Source of the DNA: Octopus sinensis
Taxonomy: Eukaryota
Assembly (NCBI RefSeq): GCF_006345805.1
Contig: NW_021831988.1
Location: 1 to 64,000, forward strand
Direction: 5' to 3'
DNA: 64,000 bases
In this document: positions 13,866 to 26,758 of the stretch, piece after piece
Numbering within the stretch: position 1 is the stretch's first letter
How the letters are laid out: each line of letters starts with the position of its first letter
Notes under the pieces: generated by a model
What the model saw: the letters and a program-made list of their open reading frames with translations, nothing else
What the model was told of the DNA's origin: nothing
Database searches by the model: none
Position numbers and translations under genes: made by a program

Positions 13866-15998
13866 CAGGCTGGCCAACCCAAATCGCATCGCGGGCCACT
13901 TTGTCCAAATGAATCCTTTCCGCGGGCCGCATATACATGTACATACTAAGGATAGATATCAAAACAACACAGATAAGATTTTATTTAGTAAAATAGCATT
14001 CAGTCCAATTATACGTATCAATGAGAAATCTGTTTTTCTTTATCTTCACTTAATTTTTTCAAATCAACTTCACAATTACTAGTTGCACATCTTAATTGGT
14101 TTCTAAGTTTTTATCTGTTAAAGAAGATCTATATCTACTTTTACTAAACTTTAATTTCGAAAAGAATGATTCACATACGTAAGTAGATCCAAAGGAGCTT
14201 ACAACTCTTTGTGCAAAAATTCTTAAGTTGGGATATTTTTCTGCAGTCACATATTTGTTATAAAAGTCAATTTTGGATATAGTAGGATAAACAAGTCTTA
14301 GTTCACTGTTGCACTGTAGGTCAATATTTCCGTCTGCAAAGTATTTGAAACAATAGAAACGTCAACATGAAATGGAGAAGAAAATGTTTCAAACATTTTC
14401 TCATATTTTTTTTGTTCCGAGAATCGACTGTCAAATGCTGCAGCAAGATTTTTTATTTCATCAGCGTACTTGAAGAAATTTACAATGGCTGATTTTAAAT
14501 TGATTTAGCGTTGGAAAATGTTGATCATTTCCATTTCTTGTTTGACATTCAAACAATGACAATTTCATTCGAAATGCTTTGACTTGATGGCATGCATTAG
14601 TAATCAAATTATCCTGTCCTTGTAACTCCTTGTTTATTGATTAATTTTTTCGGTTATATCTACCAAAAAGCACAGATCTAGCATCCATTCTTCATCATTT
14701 AATTCAGTTAATGTCATTTTCTTATGCATCATAAAACTTTTGATTTCTTCTCTCAAGTCGAAAAAACGTTTTAAACATTTTCCGCGACTCAGCCATCTGA
14801 CATTGGAAAAATACACAAGATCACCATAGTGAGAATATAACTCGTTCAATAATTCTTTAAACTGGCGATGTTGAAGTGCATGAGAACGAATGAAGTTTAT
14901 AGTTCTTACAACCACACTCATAACATGGTTCATAGACAACACTTGCGCGCACAAATTGTGTTGATGTATCAAGCAGTGTATTACAAATAAATCATTTTTT
15001 ATGCTTCTTGACTCCATCTCATCCATTATTAGCTTTACAACTCCTTTATTTCTTCCAATCATAGCCGGCGCCCCATCTGTTGTCAATCCAGCAAGGGTCT
15101 CTAAATTCGCTCCATTGTCGGATAAACATTTCATAACAGCTTGGAAAATATCTTCGCCCTTTGTAGTATCTTTCAAACTGACAAGGTTAAGCATTTCTTG
15201 TTTCACTTGAAAAGATTCGGTAACTCCACGAATATATACTACAAGTTGAGACGTGTCTGATATATCCGTGCATTCGTCAAAGGCCAAAGAATAACTTTTG
15301 AAATATTTTATTTGATCACGCAAAGTCACCACAATTTCATTTGAAATGTCATTAACCCTGCGACATATGGTTTGACGTGACAAGCTAATGTTTGAAAACT
15401 TTTTAGTTTTATCTGGCAAAATGTCTTTCACGACAGCATCCAAACACTCTTTTACGAATTCTCCATCCGAAAATGATTTCATTCTCTTTGAAATTATCAT
15501 TGCAACAGAGTAGCTTGCTTTAACAGTATCAGAAGAAGAGTGTATCGATGAATTTAATAGTCTTTGCTGATTTCTCAATTCAGATTTAAGCGAATCCAGT
15601 TTCCTTGTTTTCAATTCCTTACTAAATTTCGCGTATTCGGAATGCTTTGTTTCATAATGTCTTCTTACATTGTACTCTTTCACCACCGATACTTTCTCCT
15701 TGCAAATTAAACATGTTGGCTTGGAATTATGCATTATAAAAAAGTAATCTTCTTCCCATGATTGCTGAATTGCCTGTTTTCTTCAAAAATTTTCCTTTCT
15801 TCATATTGATAACAGCTACAAAAATAGATAAACTTTAAAATTTATTAAACTTATAAAATTTATCTTTTTTATTAAACTTAAGAAAAATTTATCTTGAATG
15901 TATTTATAGGTTAACTACATACAAAATTTCTCTCGCGGGCCGCACCAAACTCCATCGCGGGCCGCATGCGGCCCGCGGGCCTGGGTTGGCCAGCCCTG
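13866..15998 (-). mobile_element. hAT (Buster/GTF2IRD2-like) transposon, copy A
   Basis: TIR CAGGGCTGGCCAACC. Transposase motifs SLAFDECTD, LTTDGAPAM, HCLIHQHNLC, VRWLSRG and STYVCESFFS. Broken by a few 1-nt indels. Confidence 0.95.
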
Positions 15999-16191
15999 TT
16001 CTAGAGTAAAAAACGCAGTTTTTTATTTTTGACTTTTATATACGTTTTTTCAGGAACTTTGAAGCAAAAACGATTTTTAAGCGTCCTGAGCCTTCTCCTT
16101 TTCTCTTTATCGTATATAGTAGTGGTGTCATCAAAATTTTTATTTCATTAAGTTGGTTTGTCGTTAATTTCAAAAGAACCATATTCTAATT
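15999..16191 (-). other. 193-bp inverted spacer between the hAT copies (piece of the Ginger integrase gene)
   Basis: Bounded by TTCTAGAG and TTCTAATT, the reverse complements of the outer flanks. Its reverse complement reads YDKEKRRRLRTLKNRFCFKVPEKTYIKVKNKKLRFL, in the same sense as the flanking Ginger integrase. Confidence 0.8.
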
Positions 16192-18328
16192 CAGGGCTGG
16201 CCAACCCAAGGCCCGCGGGCCGCATGCGGCCCGCGATGGAGTTTGGTGCGGCCCGCGAGAGAAATTTTGTATGTAGTTAACCTATAAATACATTCAAGAT
16301 AAATTTTTCTTAAGTTTAATAAATAAAGATAAATTTTATAAGTTTAATAAATTTTAAAGTTTATCTATTTTTGTAGCTGTTATCAATATGAAGAAAAGGA
16401 AAATTTTTGAAGAAAACAGGCAATTCAGCAATCATTGGGAAGAAGATTACTTTTTTATAATGCATAATTCCAAGCCAACATGTTTAATTTGCAAGGAGAA
16501 AGTATCGGTGGTGAAAGAGTACAATGTAAGAAGACATTATGAAACAAAGCATTCCGAATACGCGAAATTTAGTAAGGATTGAAAACAAGGAAACTGGATT
16601 CGCTTAAATCTGAATTGAGAAATCAGCAAAGACTATTAAATTCATCGATACACTCTTCTTCTGATACTGTTAAAGCAAGCTACTCTGTTGCAATGATAAT
16701 TTCAAAGAGAATGAAATCATTTTCGGATGGAGAATTCGTAAAAGAGTGTTTGGATGCTGTCGTGAAAGACATTTTGCCAGATAAAACTAAAAAGTTTTCA
16801 ACATTAGCTTGTCACGTCAAACCATATGTCGCAGGGTTAATGACATTTCAAATGAAATTGTGGTGACTTTGCGTGATCAAATAAAATATTTCAAAAGTTA
16901 TTCTTTGGCCTTTGACGAATGCACGGATATATCAGACACGTCTCAACTTGTAGTATATATTCGTGGAGTTACCGAATCTTTTCAAGTGAAACAAGAATGC
17001 TTAACCTTGTCAGTTTGAAAGATACTACAAAGGGCGAAGATATTTTCCAAGCTGTTATGAAATGTTTATCCGACAATGGAGCGAATTTAGAGACCCTTGC
17101 TGGATTGACAACAGATGGGGCGCCGGCTATGATTGGAAGAAATAAAGGAGTTGTAAAGCTAATAATGGATGAGATGGAGTCAAGAAGCATAAAAAATGAT
17201 TTATTTGTAATACACTGCTTGATACATCAACACAATTTGTGCGCGCAAGTGTTGTCTATGAACCATGTATGAGTGTGGTTGTAAGAACTATAAACTTCAT
17301 TCGTTCTCATGCACTTCAACATCGCCAGTTTAAAGAATTATTGAACGAGTTATATTCTCACTATGGTGATCTTGTGTATTTTTCCAATGTCAGATGGCTG
17401 AGTCGCGGAAAATGTTTAAAACGTTTTTTCGACTTGAGAGAAGAAATCAAAAGTTTTATGATGCATAAGAAAATGACATTAACTGAATTAAATGATGAAG
17501 AATGGATGCTAGATCTGTGCTTTTTGGTAGATATAACCGAAAAAATTAATCAATTAAACAAGGAGTTACAAGGACAGGATAATTTGATTACTAATGCATG
17601 CCATCAAGTCAAAGCATTTCGAATGAAATTGTCATTGTTTGAATGTCAAACAAGAAATGGAAATGATCAACATTTTCCAACGCTAAATCAATTTAAAATC
17701 AGCCATTGTAAAATTTCTTCAAGTACGCTGATGAAATAAAAAATCTTGCTGCAGCATTTGACAGTCGATTCTCGGACAAAAAAAAAAAATATGAGAAAAT
17801 GTTTGAAACATTTTCTTCTCCATTTCATGTTGACGTTTCTATTGTTTCAAATACTTTGCAGACGGAAATAATTGACCTACAGTGCAACAGTGAACTAAGA
17901 CTTGTTTATCCTACTATATCCAAAATTGACTTTTATAACAATGTGACTGCAGAAAAATATCCCAACTTAAGAATTTTTGCACAAAGAGTTGTAAGCTCCT
18001 TTGGATCTACTTACGTATGTGAATCATTCTTTTCGAAATTAAAGTTTAGTAAAAGTAGATATAGATCTTCTTTAACAGATAAAAACTTAGAAAACCAATT
18101 AAGATGTGCAACTAGTAATTGTGAAGTTGATTTGAAAAAATTAAGTGAAGATAAAGAAAAACAGATTTCTCATTGATACGTATAATTGGACTGAATGCTA
18201 TTTTACTAAATAAAATCTTATCTGTGTTGTTTTGATATCTATCCTTAGTATGTACATGTATATGCGGCCCGCGAAGGATTCATTTGGACAAAGTGGCCCG
18301 CGATGCGATTTGGGGGTTGGCCAGGCTG
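16192..18328 (+). mobile_element. hAT (Buster/GTF2IRD2-like) transposon, copy B
   Basis: Near-identical inverted copy of A. Transposase runs from ATG 16388 (MKKRKIFEENRQF) to the stop at 18176 (KEKQISH*), split by 1-nt indels at positions different from those in copy A. Confidence 0.95.
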
Positions 18329-18527
18329 CTCTAGAAGAAGTGAGCTAAAGTTAAAAATTATTGATTGTAGATTTAGTGGATCTAAGGAGATATTCAAACC
18401 TTAACAGCAATTGTGGATGGGTCTTTTTTGAATAAGTCTTAGTTGGTTGTTGTAATCGACTCCTTTTCCAAATTTGCAGTGGTAAAACTTGCAAAAACGA
18501 AATCAGCTGAAGAAATAACAAGAAAGT

Positions 18528-18829
18528 AGAGCAGAGCAGAAGAATTAAAAATTTCAAAATACACCAATCTGTCGGAACGCTATCTGTTTACCCCGATCGC
18601 CGTGGAGACCTCAGGCGTAATCGGTGACAGGTCACTCATTTTCCTCAAAAAGCTGGGTCGTCTGATTTCTCGCAAGAGAAACGACACGCGTGAGTGTGGA
18701 TGGCTCTTTCAGAGGATTTCCCTTGCCATTGTACGTGGAAACTGTTTCTCCATCTACGAGACGGGGAAGTCCTCTTGTTAACTCTCTTTTCTCTTTGTTT
18801 TCTTTTAAGAAATAAATATTTTGATAAAA
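18528..18829 (+). mobile_element. 5'-truncated CRE-like LINE 3' end inserted in the Ginger integrase
   Basis: KYTNLSERYLFTPIAVETSGVIGDRSLIFLKKLGRLIS...LFQRISLAIVRGNCFSI* plus an A-rich tail. It is flanked by the 11-bp TSD AACAAGAAAGT (18517-18527 and 18830-18840), and removal restores the integrase frame EITRKLKKIF. Confidence 0.85.
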
Positions 18830-19799
18830 AACAAGAAAGTTAAAAAAGATTTTCTTCTCAATCCGACCCCCGTTTATCTTGCAAACAGACAATGGGAAAG
18901 AGTTCAAGGAGAACAGAAGATCAAATAAATGCATTGTTAATGTTCGACGGAACAAATCCAGAACTAAGTGATGAGTCAAATTCGAATTATTTTAAAAATG
19001 ACGATAAAAGATACCCATTATATGACGAACTGGATATAAATAAGTACACAGTTTCAGAAAAATTTGAAACTACGTGTACTATTAATAAAGATAATAAAGA
19101 AACACTATCAAACGTGCATTTAAGTAGATTAAAAAAAATTTGATTAAAAATTTGATTTTTTTTAAATGAATTAATTCTTATTTTTTATTGACTCCCATTA
19201 AATATAAATAAAATTTTATTTATTTTAAAAATGTAAAGCACAAATGAATGATGTGTGATTTATGCAACAGGCAGAAATATAAAAAATAATAAAAAAGAAG
19301 AAAATTAAAGTTAATTATATTTTCTGATGATTTTTAGATTATATTTATGTTTTTTTGGTGTTTTTTCGATGGTGGGTTATCCAACCCGGTGGGCTATAAA
19401 ACCGGTGACATCGTATATTTACCAAAAATGTAAATTTAACGCCGGTCTCTCGTGGAGAAAGTCTCAATAGCGCAGGAAAGGGGTATGCAGTGGTGTATGC
19501 ACTGTGCCCGTGTCAAATCTCCGGTAAACCTACGGGTTTATGTTGACATTTCTTTCATATTTTAAACTGGATGTTTGTAATATTTTTAATAGTATTTTGT
19601 AGCACCATCTTTTTTACGAAATCACGCTGGCAGGTATAAGTTGGCAAATACTTTCTGGTTTCTCGACTTTCTTGTAATATTCCGAGAATATACACTTAAC
19701 TGCAGATCCAGTTTATTGTGAGCTTCAAAAAACGTGGATCAAAGAACAAAAAGCCATTTGATGTCAACTCACGGACAATCAAGTCATTTCCATGCTTTT

Positions 19800-21940
19800 T
19801 TTTATAGGATTTATTTATTTATTGAACCAGAAAACCACCGTCATAGCCAAAAGAAAGAAGAATTCAGGTGATCCCAGCCTCCCTCAGCAGTTCGCGCAGC
19901 CTCTCCCGATGTTCCGCCGTTGTCCCGACGCATTTTCGGTACGGACGGGGATTTTCAGGACGAACCTCTCTGTTGTTCCAGGCTTTTGGGATAATCTCTT
20001 TATCGGAGAAAGTATTTAGCAGGTTTGCCGCTTTCAACCGAATTTTGTCGATTTTTGATTGATTATTTGCACTTAAGTTTGTTCCCCAGATTCCGCACGC
20101 ATAGCCGATCGTAGGTTCCAAGTATTGATTATATATGTTGTTTAGGCCATATAGGCCTTTGCATTCTCCTGCGTTCTTCAGGAAGGCATTCAGAAAGTTA
20201 ACCTTTCTTGCACCCGCCATAACTACATTTTCGACGTGGGTTGAAAAGGTTAGAAAGGTGTCGAATGTAACACCAAGAATCTTCTGGGTTTTGCTCTGCG
20301 GTATAATTTCTTCGTCTAACTTCGCTTCAATTGAGACTTTCCCAAGCCTTCTGTTTTTCGTAAACAGAGTCAAAATAGATTTTTTTGGACTTGCCTCCAG
20401 TTTGTTTTTATATAGCCATGAACTCAGATTGTTGAGGTTATCCTGTATTCTATCCGTTGCTTTTATTATGCTCACATCCCTTGATGCGACGATAATATCG
20501 TCTGCATATAGTAATAACAGATCGTTGTCCCCTTCTGGCTGTGGTATGTCGTTCATCATGAGATTGAATAAAAGTGGAGATAGTGGAGAACCCTGAGGGA
20601 CCCCATTTGGTAATAGTCTCGATATGGAAGATCTGTTTCCACAGCAAGCCCTTCCCCGACGGCCGCTCAGGAAATTCTTAAGCCATAGTTTTAGATTCGT
20701 ATCAATATTTGAGGAATAGATCTTTTGTGTGAGTATTTTCCTTGGCACCGAATCGAAAGCCTTCTTTATGTCGATCGAGCAGACAATGGATTTTCCTGTT
20801 TAGGTTTCTTGTTTAGACCGTCTGATATAAACTTCATTAAAGCATTTAGGTGTGTGACAGTTGAACGCCCCTCTTTGAATCCATGTTGGAAACTGACTTC
20901 TGGGAGGAGGGGGCGAATCAAAGTCATCACCATTCTCTCTAGAATTCGTGCCTGGACGCATAAAAGGGACAGTGGCCTGTATGATCCAGGTTGCTCCTTC
21001 GGTTTTCCAGGCTTCAGGATTGGGTGAATGCACGACAGTTTCCATAATGTTGGAATGAAATTGAAGTTGCACGAGTAGTTGTAAATACTCGTAAGTGCAG
21101 AGATAGCTGCATCGCCCAATTTTTTGAGCATGATCGCTGGGATTCCGTCTGGTCCGCAGGAGCGTGTATTCTTTAGTCGGGAAATTTCTAAAGCGACATC
21201 TCGAGGTAGGAAGTACGATGATGGAGGCTCCCTTTTCGGTTTGCCCTTAATAATTGAAGAGGATTCCGATTTTTTATAAGCCTTGTGACTTATCTTCACG
21301 CAATGTTTCATAAAAGTGTTTAGGTCTAGTTGGTGATTGTTGTCATCCTCGTTTGTACTGTCGGCGTTTTTAATGTTACGCAGCATCTTCCACATTTTCG
21401 AGAGTGAGCACTTTTTGTTCATCCCTCGGGAAATCGTGTCCAATTTTCTTTTTTGCACTCGTCTCGCACTTTCTGCGATCTCCATGTTCAATACCCGAAT
21501 CCTTCTCGTTGTAAGTTTCGTCAGATGTGTACTGTGTTTGAGGCGATTTCTTTCTTTTATTAGTTTGACTGTTTTAGCGTCGTATTTTCTTTTCGTGAGT
21601 TTCAGGACTCCTTTCTTTACAAATAGATCTCTCCCCTTTAGAATAACTTTGTTAAAGCAGTTGACTGCCGTGTCGAGGGAGTTGAAATTTTGAGGATAAA
21701 GGTCCATAGGGATGAATCAACATATTTTTTATATCCTGTCCAGTCGGCATTAGCGTAATCGTGAAATATTGCATGCTTTGACCGGGTCGCCGGGGTGCAA
21801 TTGATTTTGATAAGAATAGGGTTGTGATTGCTCCCCAAGTCAAAATTAACGGACCAATGAACAAGAGGTGCCAGTCGTGGTGAGCAAATAGTAATATCGG
21901 GTGAAGTGAGTGAATTTTTCTCGTTGTAAGGGGTTTGTCA
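19800..21940 (-). mobile_element. Jockey/I-like LINE, 5'-truncated (APE tail plus RT), frameshifted
   Basis: DLGSNHNP endonuclease tail, CGPDGI, YRPLSLL, FQHGFKEGRST, GVPQGSPLSPLLF and LLYADD. A 3' (TAAA)n tail lies at about 19809-19823. Frameshifts near 20790 and 21700. Confidence 0.9.
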
Positions 21941-24286
21941 AACTAAAAATCGGTTATCAATTATTTCACCAATTTAGTACATAAATATTTGTATTTTGAA
22001 CAAAAGTTTGCATTTAAAATAGAATAGAAATATTTATTGATTTATTTTAACTAGCAATTAGAAATATAGTACAAAATTAAAGTACAAATATAAGAGTATA
22101 AAACAAATAACGATTCCTTTAAAGAAAATGATTTTCCTGACCATTTTGCTCACAGTGACATTTATAACAAAGAGCAATGTAACGAAAATGTAAATAATAT
22201 TTAATTTAATTATAGTATGAATATTCCTCCAGAAGTAGATAAAAGTATTTCACATTGTTTTCATTTTTACAGATGATGGAAATACAACAACTGAAAATAA
22301 TAGATATAATAAAATTAATAATTTCAGAGAAATTGAAATTTGCAAACAAATTCTAGAAGGTAAATTAGTTTTAATCTGAATTTTAAAGAAAACATAAACA
22401 CAGACGTAAAAATAGATTGTATATTTCATTTTAGTTTAGTTTAGATGTTCGTATCTGTGAATTATTAAAAAATAAAACCGAGAGTGAATTAATAAAAAGA
22501 CTACAATCGAGTATCAAAGGTCTTGAACTAAATGATAACTTTTTTGCTAAAAGTAAGGAAATAATGTTTTAATTAAACCCAGCTTATACCAAACATGATT
22601 CCAATAACACTACTAGTAAAACATTTTTATGATTTTAGAATTTCATCCTATTCGTCCTTTTAAAGTCATCAAATAAACTAACATTCAAAAATTCACTAAT
22701 TTTACTTTTCTCTACAATAAAATAATCCCAGATATTTTTTGATTATTGTAATGATGCATAAAGATATCTATATCTCAAAAAATTTGTGAACGTGATGTAT
22801 TTGAAAAGCTAGTTATTATAGAGCGGTATAATCAGGTTAGGGGTGTTGTTTATCGGCCGTACACTAAAAAGGAATAACTATGTTTTTAATGAAGATAGTT
22901 CAGCTATTTGATTTGTGATTAAATAAAATTAAACAGGAGGAGAATAAAATGATTGAGTAGTGCGAGAAAGATTTTGAGAAGTAATCCAAGCACTACTTAA
23001 TGGGAATGGATAAAATATAATTTTAAAAAAAGCTGAATTTATATAAACAATTTTAAGACATAGTAAAAGCCTTCTTTCTGATGATTTAAAATCTCCATAA
23101 ACAAGTTTAGAATTTAAACTTTATATCTTTTCTAATGCTAACTTTTAGTCATTCAATAAAAATATTTATTTATTTTGGTCTCTATTGAAAATTAAACTAA
23201 AACCGAAATAATATTTCTGATTTTTAGGATGAGAATTTGTAAAACAGATTTCAGTTTTTTGATCAAAAAAACACAACATCTTCCAATTACAATCAAACCT
23301 CGATTTGGAAAATAAAGTGTTCTAAAAATTAACACAAAATGTTTCTTCGAGTGGCCAATGCTGATGTGGTAGTAAAATCGACCATTTTGGCTTCATTACA
23401 AACTGCTCGATTCCCGACAGAACTAAAACCTGTTGGTGTTGACCAGTGATTCTCAAGTGCGACCCCTAGGATTTAAGACTCTTGACTGTGGAGACTGTAA
23501 AAGCTCAGACGGAGTAACAGTATTGAGAAATGCTTTGCTTAGGACTATACGTACACGAAAACCTTTTCGAAGACGAACATAATTGACTCTGCAATCAGTT
23601 TAGGTTCAGCTACTAAGAAGGCTAAAAATATAAAATCTCAAAATATTTCAATTTGTCAGATATCATTTTTTTCTAATTCCCGTAAAATTGTCCAGAGCCA
23701 TGAGTAATAAATCGTTTAAACTCTGGGAAAAATTGAGCAACTGATAACGTGAGAGGTAACGTCTTCTTGGTCATAAGTAATTTTAGATAAAGAAATAGTT
23801 ATAAATGTAATAATCTTTAGAAAATATTTATTCAGACTTATATCCATTATTGACTTTTTTCATTAGATTTGATTTCTAATTTGTGTGTTTATAAGTAGAA
23901 AATTCAGAATTAATTGACCAACTTAAATTAAAAGTATATCGGGAACGGACATGGCTTTTCCAACGCATATCAATAGCCATCTTGGGTGGGAAATGCCATT
24001 CCATCTTATCCTCTGCTACTAATTAAATACATGTTCATCTAAAAAAATTATAAATGGGGGGAAATTTTTGAATAAAAAATATATTATTGATTGACGTGAT
24101 TCTAATATTGTTTGACAGAAATCTAATATTGATCAAAAATTCTATAGATTTATAATTATTGTAAAATTAAATTTTATATTGTAAATAATATATTTTAATT
24201 AATTTATTTTTAATAATAATAATTATATTAATTTTCAAAATTAATAGTACATAATATCGATTAGAATTGTTTTTGTGTTGTTGTGA

Positions 24287-24769
24287 ATGGTTGTTATATC
24301 CACTTTCGAATTATTCCAAACAATTGCTCAATCAAGTGAGAACTGTGAAGCAAATCCACTCCGAATTCACCTCCAACCCCTGATAAATCGATTGGACGAG
24401 CTCATATCCGAGCGACAGGACTATCTAACAATTGTCAATCGAGGAGTGTCCTCCATCGACATTCCCATCAAATCAAAAATCGAAATGATCCTTGCAAATG
24501 TGGAGAATGGTTCCAATTCTGGCGTGTGTGGCCGTTTGATGATGTTCATGTTGTTCTGTCGGTCCATCTCATATCTCTGGCCTGACTCCGTGGAGAGGAT
24601 CGTCACTGCCTTCTCTGAGCACATTGACGGCCATGTTGAATACACTTCACTCATTCAGTCCAGAGGAGGCTGGCAGTCCTTCCTCAATAAATCCAATTTG
24701 TGGAATCCTAATCAAGTCTTGTCTTTTTCTTCCATTGTCAATCGAATTGCTTCCATGTTTTGGAGTTGA
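24287..24769 (+). CDS. Bcl-2 family protein (intronless)
   Basis: 160 aa with a BH1-like GVCGRLMMFMLF (NWGR position) and a BH2-like LIQSRGGWQSF at the expected spacing. Confidence 0.65.
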   Translation: MVVISTFELFQTIAQSSENCEANPLRIHLQPLINRLDELISERQDYLTIVNRGVSSIDIPIKSKIEMILANVENGSNSGVCGRLMMFMLFCRSISYLWPDSVERIVTAFSEHIDGHVEYTSLIQSRGGWQSFLNKSNLWNPNQVLSFSSIVNRIASMFWS

Positions 24770-25269
24770 CTTTATTTTCAAATAGATTTAATTTTTTTAT
24801 TTTTGGCTTTTTACTGACCAACTAAACTTTAATAAAAGGAAATAAATTAGGAAGGAAGATATGATAGTTCTAAGATATCAATTCAGTTTTCTCACAAGCG
24901 ACTTAATAAATATCGTTTTAAAATTAAAATTCAAAAGTTAATTAAAAATAAACGAACTAAAAAACATGATGTGCTGAAATCAATCTTAAAAATAATCATC
25001 AACCTGAGGACCATAAATTTCCAGATAGTATTGTGTTCAAGGTGGATATCCCATGTTTATATATTGTAGTAATAGATATTTTACAAGCTGAGATTATTGA
25101 CATATATGTGCAAAGGACCTTATTACAACACCAAATACACATAAAAAATTATAAAAGGTTATTTTTTAAGGAAAAAAACTATATCAGGGTTAAATGGACA
25201 ATTCCTAAACAGAATGGACGAGTTTAGCTATAAAATGGATTTTTTTAATATTTTTATGGTTTATTTTTT

Positions 25270-25900
25270 AAAATTCTTTATCAACCAGTTCTTTTACTAA
25301 ATTTAGTTTTAACATTACTCAAACCTCACGCTGAAAATATAAATTTGAATCGAAAATATCAATCAAATATCAAATAAAAGAAAAAGACTTGAAGCATAAA
25401 ACCTTCTCTAAGACCTATTATTATCTCAAAAACAAAGATGAGTGTTTCAACAAGAGAAACTGGCCTAAAAAGAGATTGTAAAAAGAGCCTCAATATCCTT
25501 TAAAGGAGATCATGAAAAAAAGGGCGGTATATGCATCTGATATGATGCTTAGAAAGAATTAGAAAATTGTTTTCTTTGATAAATCTGGCTTTAACTTGGA
25601 CGTATTTAACAATTTGTTTGTTCAATAAAAAATGAGGACACAGTGCTGACTGGAATGATTGACTATACTGATGGTTATTTGATGCAGATGAAATTAGTAA
25701 ATTTATTCAAAGAAGACGTGTTGGTCGACACACACTCATGAGCAACATTTGCTTGTACAAAAACCAACTCTTTAAAAAGAACTTTTGTATCAAACATTAA
25801 CGTCCTGGATATAACTAAATTGATTTCTGACGACATTAAAAATTTCTGAAGAAATTTTCGATTTTAAAAAAGATGAGAAAAGCTGTATATCGCTATTGGC
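25270..25900 (+). mobile_element. Possible IS630/Tc1-like transposase remnant
   Basis: IVFFDKSGFNLD resembles VFIDESGFNL. The rest is heavily decayed and no TIRs were established. Confidence 0.35.
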
Positions 25901-26758
25901 TGTGTCTTAGGAGTTTTGCCGGAAAATCTGCAAAGAACTCCCCAAATTCAACTTATAAAAATAGGGAAATAAAATTACAAAAATTTATTAAATTGAAAAA
26001 AATACATGAAAAATAAAATAAATTTTCTGTACAATGAAATACATCGTTTTTATACATCAAAACGAATTGATTCAGATTTTTCATATGTTTGTTTCCTTTC
26101 CACGGGAAAATACTCTTCCTGTTACATTTTAGATGATAACTGGATTGCTTATACCAAAGAAAACTGCATTGCTTATATACTCGTTTGTATAAATAGAAGG
26201 AGAATTACTTATTTTATAAAAATTGTTAAAAATTAAATTAAGAAATCGGTTTTTTATATGTGTAAAACTCTTTATTTACATTTTTCCTAATCAATTATTC
26301 TTTAATTTATTGTTTTTGCCGTAGTAACTAAACAGTAAATTCATAGAGATGTAGAAATCCTTGAGTCAAAATACTCTAAAAAATCTAAATCAATTATTAG
26401 CTTAGGGGAAAACTGTGTATTCAGCAAAACTGTTTATAACACTGGCATTCAGTTTTATTTTTACTACACAAGTAAGTTTATAGATTATGTATTTTTGATG
26501 TAATATTCATTAATTCTGTAAGACTAAAAATGTTTAAGCTTAGGATTAATTAAATTTGAGATTTCATATTAAAATGGACCGGTTATATCTTTCTAATGAT
26601 AAAATCTAACTTTAGATTAAAGAATTAAACTGGTTGATAATTACAACTTCTTATAAATAAGCTTTCTCGAAATTTCAATATTTGCATTAATATTTGTCCC
26701 ATATTTAATTATGATTTGGTAAATAAAAAAATACATTTTTTAAAAACAAAATCCAAAA

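Larger units (their letters stand above)
13637..19410 (+). mobile_element. Ginger2/Tdd-like integrase DNA transposon, degenerate, hosting nested insertions
   Basis: TIRs TGTCACCGGTTTTATAGCCCAC..GG..GGATAACCCA at 13637 and inverted ending at 19410, with TG...CA termini and the 5-bp TSD TCGTA (13632-13636 and 19411-19415). Integrase remnants: LIVDLVDLRRYSNLNSNCGW/LVVVIDSFSKFAVVKLAKTKSAEEIT-RKLKKIFFSIRPPFILQTDNGKEFK. Confidence 0.85.

Noticed and set aside
14634-18176. hAT ORF fragments as a multi-gene operon or programmed frameshifting
   Set aside because: The breaks are 1-nt indels that differ between copies, so they are mutations or consensus errors.
19868-21693. Plus-strand ORFs opposite the LINE, and similar antisense ORFs over hAT, nAChR, NCAPD2 and GPSM
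   Set aside because: These are shadow ORFs with no motifs, antisense to clear coding frames.
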